Position numbers and translations under genes: made by a program. Of a stretch of DNA of 64,000 nt, positions 8,439 to 19,044 are shown one piece after another. Position 1 is the first letter of the stretch. The number at the start of each line of letters is the position of its first letter. Origin of the DNA: a virus; the IMG/VR virus record IMGVR_UViG_3300050026_000481, positions 1-64,000 of that record. One strand, 5' to 3'. The notes beneath the pieces are model-generated. The model had not been told where the DNA came from. It saw only the letters and a list, made by a program, of their open reading frames with translations, and searched no databases.

Positions 8439-11400
8439 ATGGCAGAAAAATGGGTTCTTAAAACGTTTGACGGTGAGGAGTTCAACCTTCGGGTTACTGG
8501 TGACGCGGGCTACTCAGGATACGACGGCATCTACTCGCTTCTTATTGGTACAATTGGTCACATGGGTACACCAGTGTCCATTCAGTCAGACGTTGTACCC
8601 AACATAGCCGGTTCCGAATTCCGCAACATCGTCCGCGGCGACCGCACGGTTTATCTCCCCCTCGCCATTATAGGAAAAGACCCCGCCGATTTCCATAAGA
8701 ATCTCGCAAAGCTCAGAAAATCTATGAGCCCGGAAAACGAAGCTCAACTGTGGGTTACCAATAACGAAGGCGAAACTAAGGTACTGTACTGCAGGTACCT
8801 AAAGGGCTTCGAGGCGGCGCTTGATGATGATAAACGAGGCCCAACGTGGATAAAAATACCTTTATACGTCCTCGCGGAAGACCCCTACTGGTACGACGTT
8901 CCAGGCGCTGAAATCTCACGCAACTTCTCAAGCGACCCGTGGACTTCTCCGTTCTTTACGTTTACCGTTCCGATAGCGCTTACATCCGACGCGCTTACCG
9001 GCGACACGAGGGTTACTCTTACTAATACCGCGAACTGCGTAGCAGGGAAGGAAGTAGAAATCCGCGGCAGTAAAATAATTACTAGTGATGAGCTTGGGTT
9101 TGATGGGGATGAATTAATACGGATGGGAAAACGGGTGGGAAACCTAAGAACCACAGTACCAACAACGAGTATATCTATTGCTGTGGACAACACCAACCCC
9201 CAACTCAACCAAAGCGTCCACATAAGCGGAATAGTAACTACGGCAGACGGCAGCCCGGTTACGGCAATCGGTGCTATATTATTGTATATCACCGGCGGCA
9301 TAGCCACGAAATGGAACCTTTCTGCGATAACGGACGGCAGAGGCAGGTACTCCTTTACAATCATCACCGACAAAGACGGCCCGATGACCTTCCAAGCGCG
9401 TTACCTCGCGGATGAGGTTAATTATGCGACATCGTGGTCAGATATTCTCACTATCAACTCAGGAATCACCGCCGGGACGGCATTAACATTAGTATCCAAC
9501 ATAGACACCCCTATGCGGCTCGAGAAGTTTATCCTTTCAGGTACCCTCTCAATAGGGGCTACAGGACTCCAAAATCAGCCTATTACCCTTTATAAAGCAT
9601 CACCCTCTGGAAATGTAGAGGTGGGGTCGGCTATCACCAACCAAAATGGAGATTATTCAATCAACTATATTGAAGATGTTGAGGGGTGGGTCTCGTATGA
9701 TGCCGTCTATGCTGGGAACGCTATTACATCAACAAACACGATAACGCAGATTCAGACGGCGATAAACGCAACAAACACAAACGCAAATCAAAACATTACG
9801 CAGACGCAAAACAAAGGAGATGTAACAGGCAGCGGCAACGTCATAAACTTTGCAAGCCAAGACCAGAGCCAGACGAATAATGTACTCTATGACAGTATTA
9901 TTTCCACGCTCGAAGGTACTACAAGCGTAGCGACATACGGCGCTGCGGATGCTAAACTCACCCTAAACATCGGCAATGTACAGTATCCGATAAACTACCA
10001 GGTCGCCCTCCCCGCGAGTATGATAAACGACGGAGAGGTTCAGTACTTCGGTTCAAAAGGCTTTAACGGCGTTATTCTCATAGCGGAAACTACTACGGAT
10101 GATTACGCGGCCGAGCTGGCTATTATAAAGGCGCAAGGCTTGTGGCCTGCGATTGACATTAGTGTTGTTACTGACGTAACGTACCCGCTTTCACATTGGG
10201 ACACATGGCTAGAAAGCCTCGTAGCGGCTGGGTGGGAATATGTTGCAGGCATAAACAGCACCGGCCGAACGGGCGACCCGGCTCATTTGGTGGGTGCAGT
10301 AGGGTTCACAGGATATATAAACTACAGCTCAACCCCTCGAGGTGACACATCTACGAATCCAGATAGCTCTGGGGTATACCGAAACAGCTTCAGGTGCTTT
10401 GACACCGCGGAGATTCCTTACATTGAAGCATGGGATGAGGCCGCATACGCCGACGACATAAAAAGCGGCTTAGTGGTGGGTGTACTAGCAGACAGTAAAA
10501 ACAACCAGATGCTTACTAATTCAGTTGCTGATGCTGTGCCGAGTTATCAGGATATACTTGATTGGTCGTATATCAACTCGGTAGGCATGACCAACTTTGT
10601 TGTATGGTTCCCCCCGAAATATAACGCGATAACGGCGAGGGATTCCGAGCCTGAACAGATTGACCTCTATAAATCACTCGGGCTAGATACGGTTGTAACC
10701 AACCTAATGGAGTATTATCCTGCGACCGATTACCTTGACGGGCATCATTATACATGGGAAGAACCATCGACTACTAAAGCAGTAGACCTCACGATTGGCT
10801 ATACTGATATCCCCCTTGTTTTCACAGGCGTATTATCAAAATTAACTACCGGGGATTTCATCGCAGGAAAAACGATAACGCTGCAAGAATCTACGGAATC
10901 CAACATTACCGCAGACGTGGCTTCTGGAAAAGCGGTTAAAGTAGAATCAACGGTCGGGTTCCTAGCAGGCGATGAAGTCGTAATCTCAAGCATGCACCCG
11001 TTCTCGCAGACTAATCACATTGCTACAGGTGGCGTTAACGCGACCACGAACACCCTGACGATGACGGACACCATCGCGTATAACTTCACAGTAGCATACT
11101 CCGCGAAGGTTGCGTTATACGGAAATGCCGCCGACGGATGGCTCACCCGCGGGACGGCAGCGACGACAGATTCAACCGGAACGTGGACAGTTTCATTAAC
11201 CGGCGCGTATGCCGTGGCCGCAGGCAAACATCAGTTCCGTGCAAAATTCGCAGCGAGTTCACCTTATCTCGGGTTTATCGCGCCGTCGGATGATGGGATG
11301 ACGATGTATCATGCAGTCTACACTGAATCGATACTCGTAGAAGAAATTAATACTATAGAATCTGTCGATAATTCAACCGTGCTAACGCTTACCGACCCGC

Positions 11401-12491
11401 TTGTAAACGATTATCTCGTTTCATCTGATGCCTATATTACCGAAGTCGATACTGCTGATACGTTCTTTACGCCGACGGATACGACAACCAGAACGGTAAA
11501 TGCTGATTGTACGCTCCTTCAGTTCTGGATACCTGGGTGCCCGCCGTGTTACGCCGCTATGGCCCAGCTTAATGCACTCGTGGCGGATTATCCTACAGTT
11601 ACGTACCTACACGCGAATATTAACGAAGCACTTCCTTATGGTCCTGACAACCTAATCGAATCATATAATGTCCCTGGCGATATCGGCATGAACGCCGCAA
11701 AGATGTTTTACTCCGAGGGAGAATTGTTTGCGCGGCCAAAGTCGCTGGGCGGCTCGTGCGGCCCTGCGCTGGCGTCGTGGGGGCCGATGACTCCTATTGA
11801 TGAAATCATGCCTACGGTAATCGCCCTCTATAGGGGTGGAATATTTATTACTGCGTGGTGTGGGGTACATACCACAGGGGTAGACCCCGTTTCTACTGAC
11901 GTCATTCTTGAGGCCTGCGGACCGAAGCTTACGTGGCGGCTTGGCAAGAGCGCAATTATGAGCCAGGTTATTATTAACAACGCGGGGGATACTACGTCCT
12001 ACCCCATCTGGACAGTCACCGGCCCGGGAAGGTCGCCAACGTTTACAAATACCACTACTGGCGACGTGTTTCAGCTAAACCATGATTTAATAGCAGGGGA
12101 AGCGGTTGTGATAGACGCCACTGAAAATGCGCATACCGTAGGAAGCACTGCATCGGCTACGTTTACGGGAAGCGGGTACATGAAATCTATAACATGCCCG
12201 ACGTGTCACGGTACTGGTGTAATTGCCTCCGGGTGCGTAAACTGCGGCGGGCAGGAGATATGCCCGACATGTCACGGTAGTGGTGTTATATCGGTATTTG
12301 TTCCGTCTTCTACAGGGAGTACAACCAACGTAAGCGGCATGTATAACCTACGGTTCCAAATCGACCCCGGCGCTAATACCTTCTGGGGCTTCGCCCCGGG
12401 TGCTAATATTATCCAGGTTGAACTGAGTTGCGCCGAATACGGAAAGAGCATTGCGAATGTTAACTTAGTACAACGATACGAAGGAGTTTAA
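8439..12491 (+). CDS. Distal tail (Dit)-like protein with large multi-domain insertions
   Basis: N-terminal Dit motifs (LYCRY...AEDPYWY) and C-terminal Dit motifs (INNAGD..SYPIWTVTGP..FWGFAPGAN) flank Ig-like, hydrolase-like, thioredoxin-like and CxxCxGxG segments. Confidence 0.75.
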   Translation: MAEKWVLKTFDGEEFNLRVTGDAGYSGYDGIYSLLIGTIGHMGTPVSIQSDVVPNIAGSEFRNIVRGDRTVYLPLAIIGKDPADFHKNLAKLRKSMSPENEAQLWVTNNEGETKVLYCRYLKGFEAALDDDKRGPTWIKIPLYVLAEDPYWYDVPGAEISRNFSSDPWTSPFFTFTVPIALTSDALTGDTRVTLTNTANCVAGKEVEIRGSKIITSDELGFDGDELIRMGKRVGNLRTTVPTTSISIAVDNTNPQLNQSVHISGIVTTADGSPVTAIGAILLYITGGIATKWNLSAITDGRGRYSFTIITDKDGPMTFQARYLADEVNYATSWSDILTINSGITAGTALTLVSNIDTPMRLEKFILSGTLSIGATGLQNQPITLYKASPSGNVEVGSAITNQNGDYSINYIEDVEGWVSYDAVYAGNAITSTNTITQIQTAINATNTNANQNITQTQNKGDVTGSGNVINFASQDQSQTNNVLYDSIISTLEGTTSVATYGAADAKLTLNIGNVQYPINYQVALPASMINDGEVQYFGSKGFNGVILIAETTTDDYAAELAIIKAQGLWPAIDISVVTDVTYPLSHWDTWLESLVAAGWEYVAGINSTGRTGDPAHLVGAVGFTGYINYSSTPRGDTSTNPDSSGVYRNSFRCFDTAEIPYIEAWDEAAYADDIKSGLVVGVLADSKNNQMLTNSVADAVPSYQDILDWSYINSVGMTNFVVWFPPKYNAITARDSEPEQIDLYKSLGLDTVVTNLMEYYPATDYLDGHHYTWEEPSTTKAVDLTIGYTDIPLVFTGVLSKLTTGDFIAGKTITLQESTESNITADVASGKAVKVESTVGFLAGDEVVISSMHPFSQTNHIATGGVNATTNTLTMTDTIAYNFTVAYSAKVALYGNAADGWLTRGTAATTDSTGTWTVSLTGAYAVAAGKHQFRAKFAASSPYLGFIAPSDDGMTMYHAVYTESILVEEINTIESVDNSTVLTLTDPLVNDYLVSSDAYITEVDTADTFFTPTDTTTRTVNADCTLLQFWIPGCPPCYAAMAQLNALVADYPTVTYLHANINEALPYGPDNLIESYNVPGDIGMNAAKMFYSEGELFARPKSLGGSCGPALASWGPMTPIDEIMPTVIALYRGGIFITAWCGVHTTGVDPVSTDVILEACGPKLTWRLGKSAIMSQVIINNAGDTTSYPIWTVTGPGRSPTFTNTTTGDVFQLNHDLIAGEAVVIDATENAHTVGSTASATFTGSGYMKSITCPTCHGTGVIASGCVNCGGQEICPTCHGSGVISVFVPSSTGSTTNVSGMYNLRFQIDPGANTFWGFAPGANIIQVELSCAEYGKSIANVNLVQRYEGV

Positions 12492-12493
12492 CC

Positions 12494-14083
12494 GTGCCAG
12501 GAAGCCCACTTGTTGATGAAGACTGCGTGATTATCATCCGTGATTCTAATTTAGAAGACGTAGGCGAAATCACCCGATTTAGCCAGTGGCAACACACGCT
12601 AAAATTAAACGACATATCAAGCTGGCAACTCGACCTGCAAACCAAAGATTTTGAGAGTTATGGGATAGACACCAACACTGGGTTTCTATTTTACAGGGAC
12701 GGCGAACTTTTGATAGACGGCCCGATTATGCCCAACGGGATACAGCATACCTTCCAGGCGGGGGAAGAAAAAACAACGATAATCGGTGGTTGTGATAACG
12801 CATACCTTACTAGCCGGATTTGTTACCCCGTCGTGACCGGGCCGCTCTTTGATACCTCAACGAGTAGCTGGCGGTTCGGCGTCCAAAGGTCTGCGGTGGG
12901 TATTAAATCAGTTATCACGACCGGCAGTCCGGAAGGGGAAGAGTATGATGTTCCCCTTGTCGTCGCGGACGCAGAAGGGTTCGTTGAAGGTAATACCGTA
13001 GCGTGGATTGACACAGCAGGGGCCTACTGGAACAACTGGGACCAACTACCGGGTAAAAGCGGCGATACTGAAGAATGGGTAGGTGAGTTGTTCCCACAAA
13101 GCGCAGCACTGACGTTAGGTGGTGTCGATTTTAGCACGAACACGCTTACCATTTCAGTTCCCGACCAGAGCGGACCCGCAGGAAAAATGCTAGCGGATGC
13201 TTTTCCAGCAGGGGGTACAATAATCCAAACAAGTGGGGGTATCGTGGACGACCCCTCTTATTTAGGTTACGACACGCGAACTGGACTGGCTGATGACGTC
13301 GCAAAACAACTTGTTTATTTCAATGCCGGTCACGGCGCGTGTGCGGACCATTTTGGGACAAGGGCGATTCCTTACCTTACGGTGGCTTCCCCGACTATGC
13401 AGGGGGCGACGGTTACGTCAAACGCACGAGGGGAGAATTTACTTACGCAGGTCCAAAATGTTTGCTTATCTGGCGGGATAAACTTCAAAACAACCCAAGT
13501 AGGAACTGAGTTAGTGTTTGATACCTACCTCGGAAATGACTTGTCCCAGAATGGTAATCTTGTGTTTAGCGTCGAGATGGGCAACTTAAAGGAGTACATG
13601 TACTCGTACGGCCCACCGACGTCGAATATGATTTGGGGCTGCGGCCCAGAAACGGGGCCGGATAAGCTTATGCTTCCAAGTGGGAACCAGAATTCCATTA
13701 ATGAGTACGGTCGCTGGGAAGGGTGGATTAGTTCCGCGACCGCGAACGCTGGGGACTCAGCAAGCCAAATAGCGGCAAATATGGTTCAAACGAATAACGC
13801 CACATTGGCGCAGTCTATCGTGAACGGTTCACTGACACTTACTATCCAAGAAACCGACCAAGTACGCTACCCGCGGGATTTCGGGCTAGGTGATAGAATA
13901 CGAATTATGGTAGGAACTATGCCCGTTGATGAAATAGTGACGACGATAGTGTACTCACTCCCAGGTAGTACCAGCTCCGCAGCGAGTTCAGCACTCACTA
14001 CTGCGCTTACAAAACAGCAAACGCGGGCGATGACGGCGCAGAAAACTATGCAGAAGCAGTTACAGCAGATGACAATGACTTAA
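12494..14083 (+). CDS. Baseplate hub / Tal-like protein (ReqiPepy6 gp37-like)
   Basis: Follows Dit; IRDSNLE.VGEI.RF...KLNDISSWQL; YGRWEGWI; YPRDFGLGDRI. Confidence 0.7.
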   Translation: MPGSPLVDEDCVIIIRDSNLEDVGEITRFSQWQHTLKLNDISSWQLDLQTKDFESYGIDTNTGFLFYRDGELLIDGPIMPNGIQHTFQAGEEKTTIIGGCDNAYLTSRICYPVVTGPLFDTSTSSWRFGVQRSAVGIKSVITTGSPEGEEYDVPLVVADAEGFVEGNTVAWIDTAGAYWNNWDQLPGKSGDTEEWVGELFPQSAALTLGGVDFSTNTLTISVPDQSGPAGKMLADAFPAGGTIIQTSGGIVDDPSYLGYDTRTGLADDVAKQLVYFNAGHGACADHFGTRAIPYLTVASPTMQGATVTSNARGENLLTQVQNVCLSGGINFKTTQVGTELVFDTYLGNDLSQNGNLVFSVEMGNLKEYMYSYGPPTSNMIWGCGPETGPDKLMLPSGNQNSINEYGRWEGWISSATANAGDSASQIAANMVQTNNATLAQSIVNGSLTLTIQETDQVRYPRDFGLGDRIRIMVGTMPVDEIVTTIVYSLPGSTSSAASSALTTALTKQQTRAMTAQKTMQKQLQQMTMT

Positions 14084-14095
14084 TGAGGATAAACA

Positions 14096-14578
14096 ATGCT
14101 CAACGCGAGTGATGAAGATTATAAAACCGCGGTGGCGGCAAACCTGATACAACACCGGTCGGATATATCGGATATTAGCTCTACCCTAAACGACACCGCA
14201 GCGGTGACTGGAAATAGTGGTGTGCTTGAAACGCAAGGTACCCAAGGTTCTGACATTTCCGTTTTACAAACGAAAGGGTTTACCCCTGGGGCGTGCTCGA
14301 ATGGGACGTTTCATTGGGTATTTGTCGTGGGAACCGACAACGCGTGCGCATATCGAGTTTACAACGCCGGTTGGAGCGTAACATGGTATACCTGTGGGGG
14401 TGCGTTTTCCAGCGGCCTCAGTGCGTATTGGGTGAGTCCTAGGGTCTACGTTTACGGGCGCGGTACGGGCGCAGGGAATACGTACTACCGATGGGCAACG
14501 ACTGCAGATAACGGCGTGCTTACGTGGGGGATTGGATGGACAAACCTCGGCGGCAACATAGGAAGCATAGGACAGTAA
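14096..14578 (+). CDS. Tail-tip protein with coiled N-terminus and PLL/DUF346-like beta-propeller blades
   Basis: VFVVGTDNA...W..GG, VYVYGRG...W.NLGG repeats. Confidence 0.5.
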   Translation: MLNASDEDYKTAVAANLIQHRSDISDISSTLNDTAAVTGNSGVLETQGTQGSDISVLQTKGFTPGACSNGTFHWVFVVGTDNACAYRVYNAGWSVTWYTCGGAFSSGLSAYWVSPRVYVYGRGTGAGNTYYRWATTADNGVLTWGIGWTNLGGNIGSIGQ

Positions 14579-14579
14579 C

Positions 14580-15647
14580 ATGGGAAAAAGATTCGCGGCC
14601 CATTTCGGTTCGCTTGATAACGTAGGTCAATTGGCGTCAATGGGGTTCACCGAGGCTGGGTTAGTGTACTCGTGGGATGGGAGTAATACCAATGGAGGTA
14701 CTGCAAGTGAAATACACAACGCAGGAATCCCCACGGCAACCCTTAACTTATTCAACGATGGTAGTTCACCCCCCAGCCAGATAGGTGCAGCGGGTGGGTC
14801 ATACGCAGGGTATTTCCAATCTATTGTGAGCGCTGGATGGAACTGTATCGCTGGCGAGGGCGTAGGTGGTTCGGTTATTGGTACAGTGATGAACTATTGT
14901 ACGTATGTTAATTATGGGGGCATCGTAGGGGATTCACAGGGGAATATGTATGCTTCTCCCTGGGACCACCCCACATCCGGCGGTCACGGACATTGGGATT
15001 ATATTGAAACTTATAATAATAGCAACCAATATAGAGACCCCAGCGGGGCAATCCAAGAAGCACAAGCCGCGGGGGCCGGGCACCTTGGCATATTGATAAT
15101 GTTCGGACCCAATCCCGCCGCAGATGCGAACACTTACATAAATCTCGTTGACTCTCTAGGGTTAGATACGATTCTCTTCTGGGGGGGTTACTCTGAGTCT
15201 TCGTCTGCGTGTGTAGGCTTGGCCCAAGAGCTGATAGGCCACTATGGCGCTGTAAAAGACGGTTCGGGAGCGGCTACGACAACCGGCGGCACGGGGGCGG
15301 CGGCAAAGGTGCCCGTGATACATTGCCCCTGTAGGCATATTTGGCTTGGTTTCAACAGGGTAAGCGGAAACTCAACCTCTGAAAAAATTGAGTTTAAAGT
15401 GATGGTTGTAGGAACCGCTGGGTGGGTTACTGATGGTGATGACTGGATTCCCAGTAGGCCCTACACGGGAAAACTACAGTTATGGGGCCGCACCGATAAA
15501 ACGGCATGGCAGATACAGGAGTTTTGGCCTGCAGCAGATGGTACGTTTGCTCTATGGGTCGGCAGCGACACTGCTGAAACTAGGTACTATAACGTGTGCT
15601 TCGCCGATGCGGGGAGTTCACCGGCGTATCAAACGGTAATGGAGTAA
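14580..15647 (+). CDS. Virion-associated glycoside-hydrolase-like (TIM barrel-like) protein
   Basis: AGWNCIAGEG...MNY..YVNYGG...DYIETY...HLGILI; homologous by eye to the N-terminus of 32593..33780. Confidence 0.45.
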   Translation: MGKRFAAHFGSLDNVGQLASMGFTEAGLVYSWDGSNTNGGTASEIHNAGIPTATLNLFNDGSSPPSQIGAAGGSYAGYFQSIVSAGWNCIAGEGVGGSVIGTVMNYCTYVNYGGIVGDSQGNMYASPWDHPTSGGHGHWDYIETYNNSNQYRDPSGAIQEAQAAGAGHLGILIMFGPNPAADANTYINLVDSLGLDTILFWGGYSESSSACVGLAQELIGHYGAVKDGSGAATTTGGTGAAAKVPVIHCPCRHIWLGFNRVSGNSTSEKIEFKVMVVGTAGWVTDGDDWIPSRPYTGKLQLWGRTDKTAWQIQEFWPAADGTFALWVGSDTAETRYYNVCFADAGSSPAYQTVME

Positions 15648-15651
15648 CACG

Positions 15652-16161
15652 ATGACAATAGACGTTTATGTTCTCACGGGTTGCGAGTATTGTGCGTCTC
15701 TTGAGGCAGGGATTTCGAGTGCCGGATTGAACGTTACCATGCACACCGACCAGGGCAACGGCGGTTGTGGCAGCGCGAATCCATCGACAATCATCGATGG
15801 GAAATGTTATGGGTATCCTGGTTGCGATGTAGACTGCCAGTTGGCGGCGATTAAAGCCGCGGTATCTTCATCTTCTACCCCTACCGCAACCACAGCTAAC
15901 CCTACTACGACAAGTACCGCAGCAACCCCGGCAGCGGCGGCCGCCACCCCTGAGTGGATGACCACTAAGTGGGGAAATGAGCTTACAATCAACTGGGGGG
16001 CTGAGAACCCTAAACCGGTTATTGCTGAAACCCCGGTTGGCTGGGCAGCACCAGATATTAGCTTAACGCCCGTGCTACCGCTGCCGCCGACGATGGCGGC
16101 CGGTATTACGGTTAGCCTGAGGGATGAGAAACGGATGCCTAAGGGACGAAAAGTGGCATAA
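15652..16161 (+). CDS. Glutaredoxin-like CxxC protein with Thr/Ala linker
   Basis: IDVYVLTGCEYCASL...ANPSTIIDGK glutaredoxin-like pattern. Confidence 0.55.
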   Translation: MTIDVYVLTGCEYCASLEAGISSAGLNVTMHTDQGNGGCGSANPSTIIDGKCYGYPGCDVDCQLAAIKAAVSSSSTPTATTANPTTTSTAATPAAAAATPEWMTTKWGNELTINWGAENPKPVIAETPVGWAAPDISLTPVLPLPPTMAAGITVSLRDEKRMPKGRKVA

Positions 16162-16174
16162 GATAAGATATAAT

Positions 16175-16708
16175 ATGAATAAACCCCAATATGAGGTTAT
16201 GAAATTGAATGATATAGGCATCAGTAGAGGGTACCTAACTAACCAAACTCTTGAAGAACGATTTTGGTCCAAAGTTGATAAATCAGGCGATTGTTGGATA
16301 TGGACTGGTGCTGGGAATGGTGGGGGTTATGGGCATTTTATTGTTAAACTCAATAATAAGTGGCAACCATTTAAAGCTCACCGCCTCGCGTATCTCTTAG
16401 CATATAATGAAATTCCAAACGGCATGCACGTTCTTCATAAATGCGATAACCCTCTTTGTGTGAAATCTGAACATTTGTTTTTAGGAAACCACGCGGACAA
16501 TATGAAAGATAAGGTAATTAGAGGGCGCAGCAATAAAGGGCTTCGTTCGTTCCATGTATGTAAACTAACATGGAATGAAGTTAGAGAGATTAGGTTACAA
16601 TATATCGCGGGGATTCCTGACGCGGCGCTTGGTAGGATTTATGGGGTGTCTCCTCAGAATATTGACCGCATTGTTAATTATGAAACATGGAGAAAAGAGG
16701 AAATTTAA
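16175..16708 (+). CDS. HNH homing endonuclease (HNH_3 type with C-terminal HTH)
   Basis: RFWSKVDKSGDCWIWTG..GYG..AHRLAY..VLHKCDNPLCV..HLFLGNHADNMKD. Confidence 0.9.
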   Translation: MNKPQYEVMKLNDIGISRGYLTNQTLEERFWSKVDKSGDCWIWTGAGNGGGYGHFIVKLNNKWQPFKAHRLAYLLAYNEIPNGMHVLHKCDNPLCVKSEHLFLGNHADNMKDKVIRGRSNKGLRSFHVCKLTWNEVREIRLQYIAGIPDAALGRIYGVSPQNIDRIVNYETWRKEEI

Positions 16709-18259
16709 ATGGAAGTTAGTTATCCTTTCGGAGTGCCTCCGGGCAATACTATGAGTGAAAATCAATGGGCACAAATGATGCGCTACCTTCTTGGAACGGG
16801 TGTCATGGCGGTCACATTTAATGACAACCTAAACGAACTCGCCGTGACGCCAGGACCAACGGCACTGACGGTAAATATCGACACCGGCGCGGCGTGGATA
16901 CAAGGGCATTACTATCAAAGCGACGCTATAAATACCCTGAACGTTCCACAGAATACCGCGGCTGGAACGCGTGCAGATTTAGTAGTACTTGAATGTAAGT
17001 GGGGACTCGGTGCCAGTATAACCGCGAAAGTAGTTCAAGGAACCGCAGGCGCAGTGTGGCCGGCTACCGACCCCAGGTCCGGAAGCCCAATGCCCGCACC
17101 GCTCGTTCAGACCTATGGGGTCAAGTGGCAGATACCTCTCGCGCAGGTGAACACCACACAGAATCAAGTAGTGGTGTACCCAACTACTGCGATGCTTGAC
17201 CAGAGAAACTTTGTTGGCACGGGCACCGCACAGGCCGTTGCGGTTTCAGTAGCAATGCCAAATGCGAGCGACAAGATGCGGCAAAATGCAGATTTCCAGA
17301 TTCCAGGCGTAGAATCATTTTATACCGCAGAGGAAATCATAAACGAAGCCTTTGCAGCGCTGCCGTCATGTGGTGGGACGGTGTTGCTCAGCGAAGGTGA
17401 TTGTTTCATATCAGACAGTATTGTGCCTACCGCCGGTTCGACCTTAGCAGGATGCGGCACTTCCACGGCGATTACGTGCGCGCCGCTCATGAACGCGTCA
17501 CCAATGGTTAACGTTAGCAACCCCAACGTAGTGGTGCGCGACCTTACCTTAAACGGCGGCGGCATAGTCCAAACCATTCCAATGCCTGCGAGTTCGACAA
17601 ACCGTTATGGGATTTCAGTAACTACCAATCTAGTAACGATATCAGGGGTAACCGTAAACAATGCGATGAATGATGGTATCAATGTAGCAAGTGGAGGAAC
17701 ATACCTATCAGGGGTCAATATTAACGACTGTAAGATAAATAAGGCGTACGGCAACGGTATTGGGTACCAAGGCAATTTTGGCATACTATCCGACAATGTA
17801 ATTGCCAGCTGTGGTGGGGATGGACTGTGTCTTTCTGCTACAGCTGCTAGTGATTGTAATTCAAACAAAGTGGATGGAAACTTAATTTTGAGTTGCAGCC
17901 GAGATGGTATTACAATTGACGGTCAGGCGGCGGGATGTTATGTTATCTACAACATGGTTAGTAACAACGAGATTGCTACGTGTGGGCAGCTTCTGGATTC
18001 GACCTACTCTGGTATTTACGTCGTTGGCGCAGGCGCTCAGCACACATCTCTAATAGGCAACAATGTGTGGTCATCTATCGCGCCGCTTATGAGATTTGGA
18101 ATATGTATCATGGCAAACGTAGGCGGTATAACAAAAGGTATTGGAAACGATTTATATGACGCATCCGCTGGCGCTACCGCTGGGTACGACCTTGTTGTCT
18201 ACGCACCTGCGGTGTTCCAATCACTTAGCTTGAACCTTGTACATACGCATTTACCGTGA
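16709..18259 (+). CDS. Tail spike/fiber with right-handed beta-helix (pectin-lyase-like)
   Basis: N-terminal minor-tail anchor (SYPF..SENQWAQM; GAAWIQGHYY; RADLVVL), then INEAFAALP..GGTVLLSEG and parallel beta-helix repeats. Confidence 0.8.
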   Translation: MEVSYPFGVPPGNTMSENQWAQMMRYLLGTGVMAVTFNDNLNELAVTPGPTALTVNIDTGAAWIQGHYYQSDAINTLNVPQNTAAGTRADLVVLECKWGLGASITAKVVQGTAGAVWPATDPRSGSPMPAPLVQTYGVKWQIPLAQVNTTQNQVVVYPTTAMLDQRNFVGTGTAQAVAVSVAMPNASDKMRQNADFQIPGVESFYTAEEIINEAFAALPSCGGTVLLSEGDCFISDSIVPTAGSTLAGCGTSTAITCAPLMNASPMVNVSNPNVVVRDLTLNGGGIVQTIPMPASSTNRYGISVTTNLVTISGVTVNNAMNDGINVASGGTYLSGVNINDCKINKAYGNGIGYQGNFGILSDNVIASCGGDGLCLSATAASDCNSNKVDGNLILSCSRDGITIDGQAAGCYVIYNMVSNNEIATCGQLLDSTYSGIYVVGAGAQHTSLIGNNVWSSIAPLMRFGICIMANVGGITKGIGNDLYDASAGATAGYDLVVYAPAVFQSLSLNLVHTHLP

Positions 18260-18269
18260 GGTAAGGAAA

Positions 18270-18935
18270 ATGTCAAACGGAATCACTATCCTAACCAGAA
18301 CAAGTCCGGATATCACCATGGATGAACAAACGTCCATGGCCTTTAGAGTCATAACGTCCTACCTTGATGGCAGCCCCATGGATTTGACTAACAGTTCAGT
18401 TACGTGGGTCGCCGATTACCATGACGTACAACAGATTAAAAAAGACGTACCGACGATGACGGTTATGCTTGACCCGGTACCCTCTTCTACCGTCGTGCAA
18501 ACTGCAGCCGCGAAACAGGACAATATAAAAGTAGCCAAGGTTGCCGACTTTTCTGACGCCTGGGGGCGGCCGGTCGCCGATTTCGCGGCAGGGGATATCG
18601 TAAACATTACTGATACCGCAGGACATAGTGAGGTTAATAGTATCGCTTCGATTAGGGATACAACGCTTACGATGGCTAACCCTCTAAGTAATTCATACAC
18701 CGTAGGAAACACCGGTACAGCAGCAAAAATAATCACCTCGTTTACGTTTTCATTGTTGCCGGGAGATACGATGTTACCGACGACTAAAACGTACGGTACG
18801 CCGATACTCTATGACCATATGACTCAAGTAACCTACCCGGCCGGATTGAGCCCTGGGGACATCTACCAGCAACCGACAACCTTTGTGCCAATGCGCGGGC
18901 GGATTTTTATTAGTCCTGTATTGAGTATAAGCTGA
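18270..18935 (+). CDS. Virion structural protein (BppU-like fold with inserted beta domain)
   Basis: DGSPMDLTNSSVTWVA resembles the 1576 protein; insert FAAGDIVNI...TLTMANPLSNSY. Confidence 0.5.
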   Translation: MSNGITILTRTSPDITMDEQTSMAFRVITSYLDGSPMDLTNSSVTWVADYHDVQQIKKDVPTMTVMLDPVPSSTVVQTAAAKQDNIKVAKVADFSDAWGRPVADFAAGDIVNITDTAGHSEVNSIASIRDTTLTMANPLSNSYTVGNTGTAAKIITSFTFSLLPGDTMLPTTKTYGTPILYDHMTQVTYPAGLSPGDIYQQPTTFVPMRGRIFISPVLSIS

Positions 18936-19044
18936 TGGCTGGAAACGACAAGAAGCGCAACAAGAAGTGTGCGAGATTACGGAAAAAGAAAAAGAAGCGA
19001 GCCAATAATCGGAACGGCGGAGAATTTTAATTAGAGGAAATAAC

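Noticed and set aside
8439-12491. Intein explaining the oversized Dit
   Set aside because: No N-terminal C/S block with a terminal HN-C/S/T or LAGLIDADG motifs; the inserts look like ordinary folded domains.
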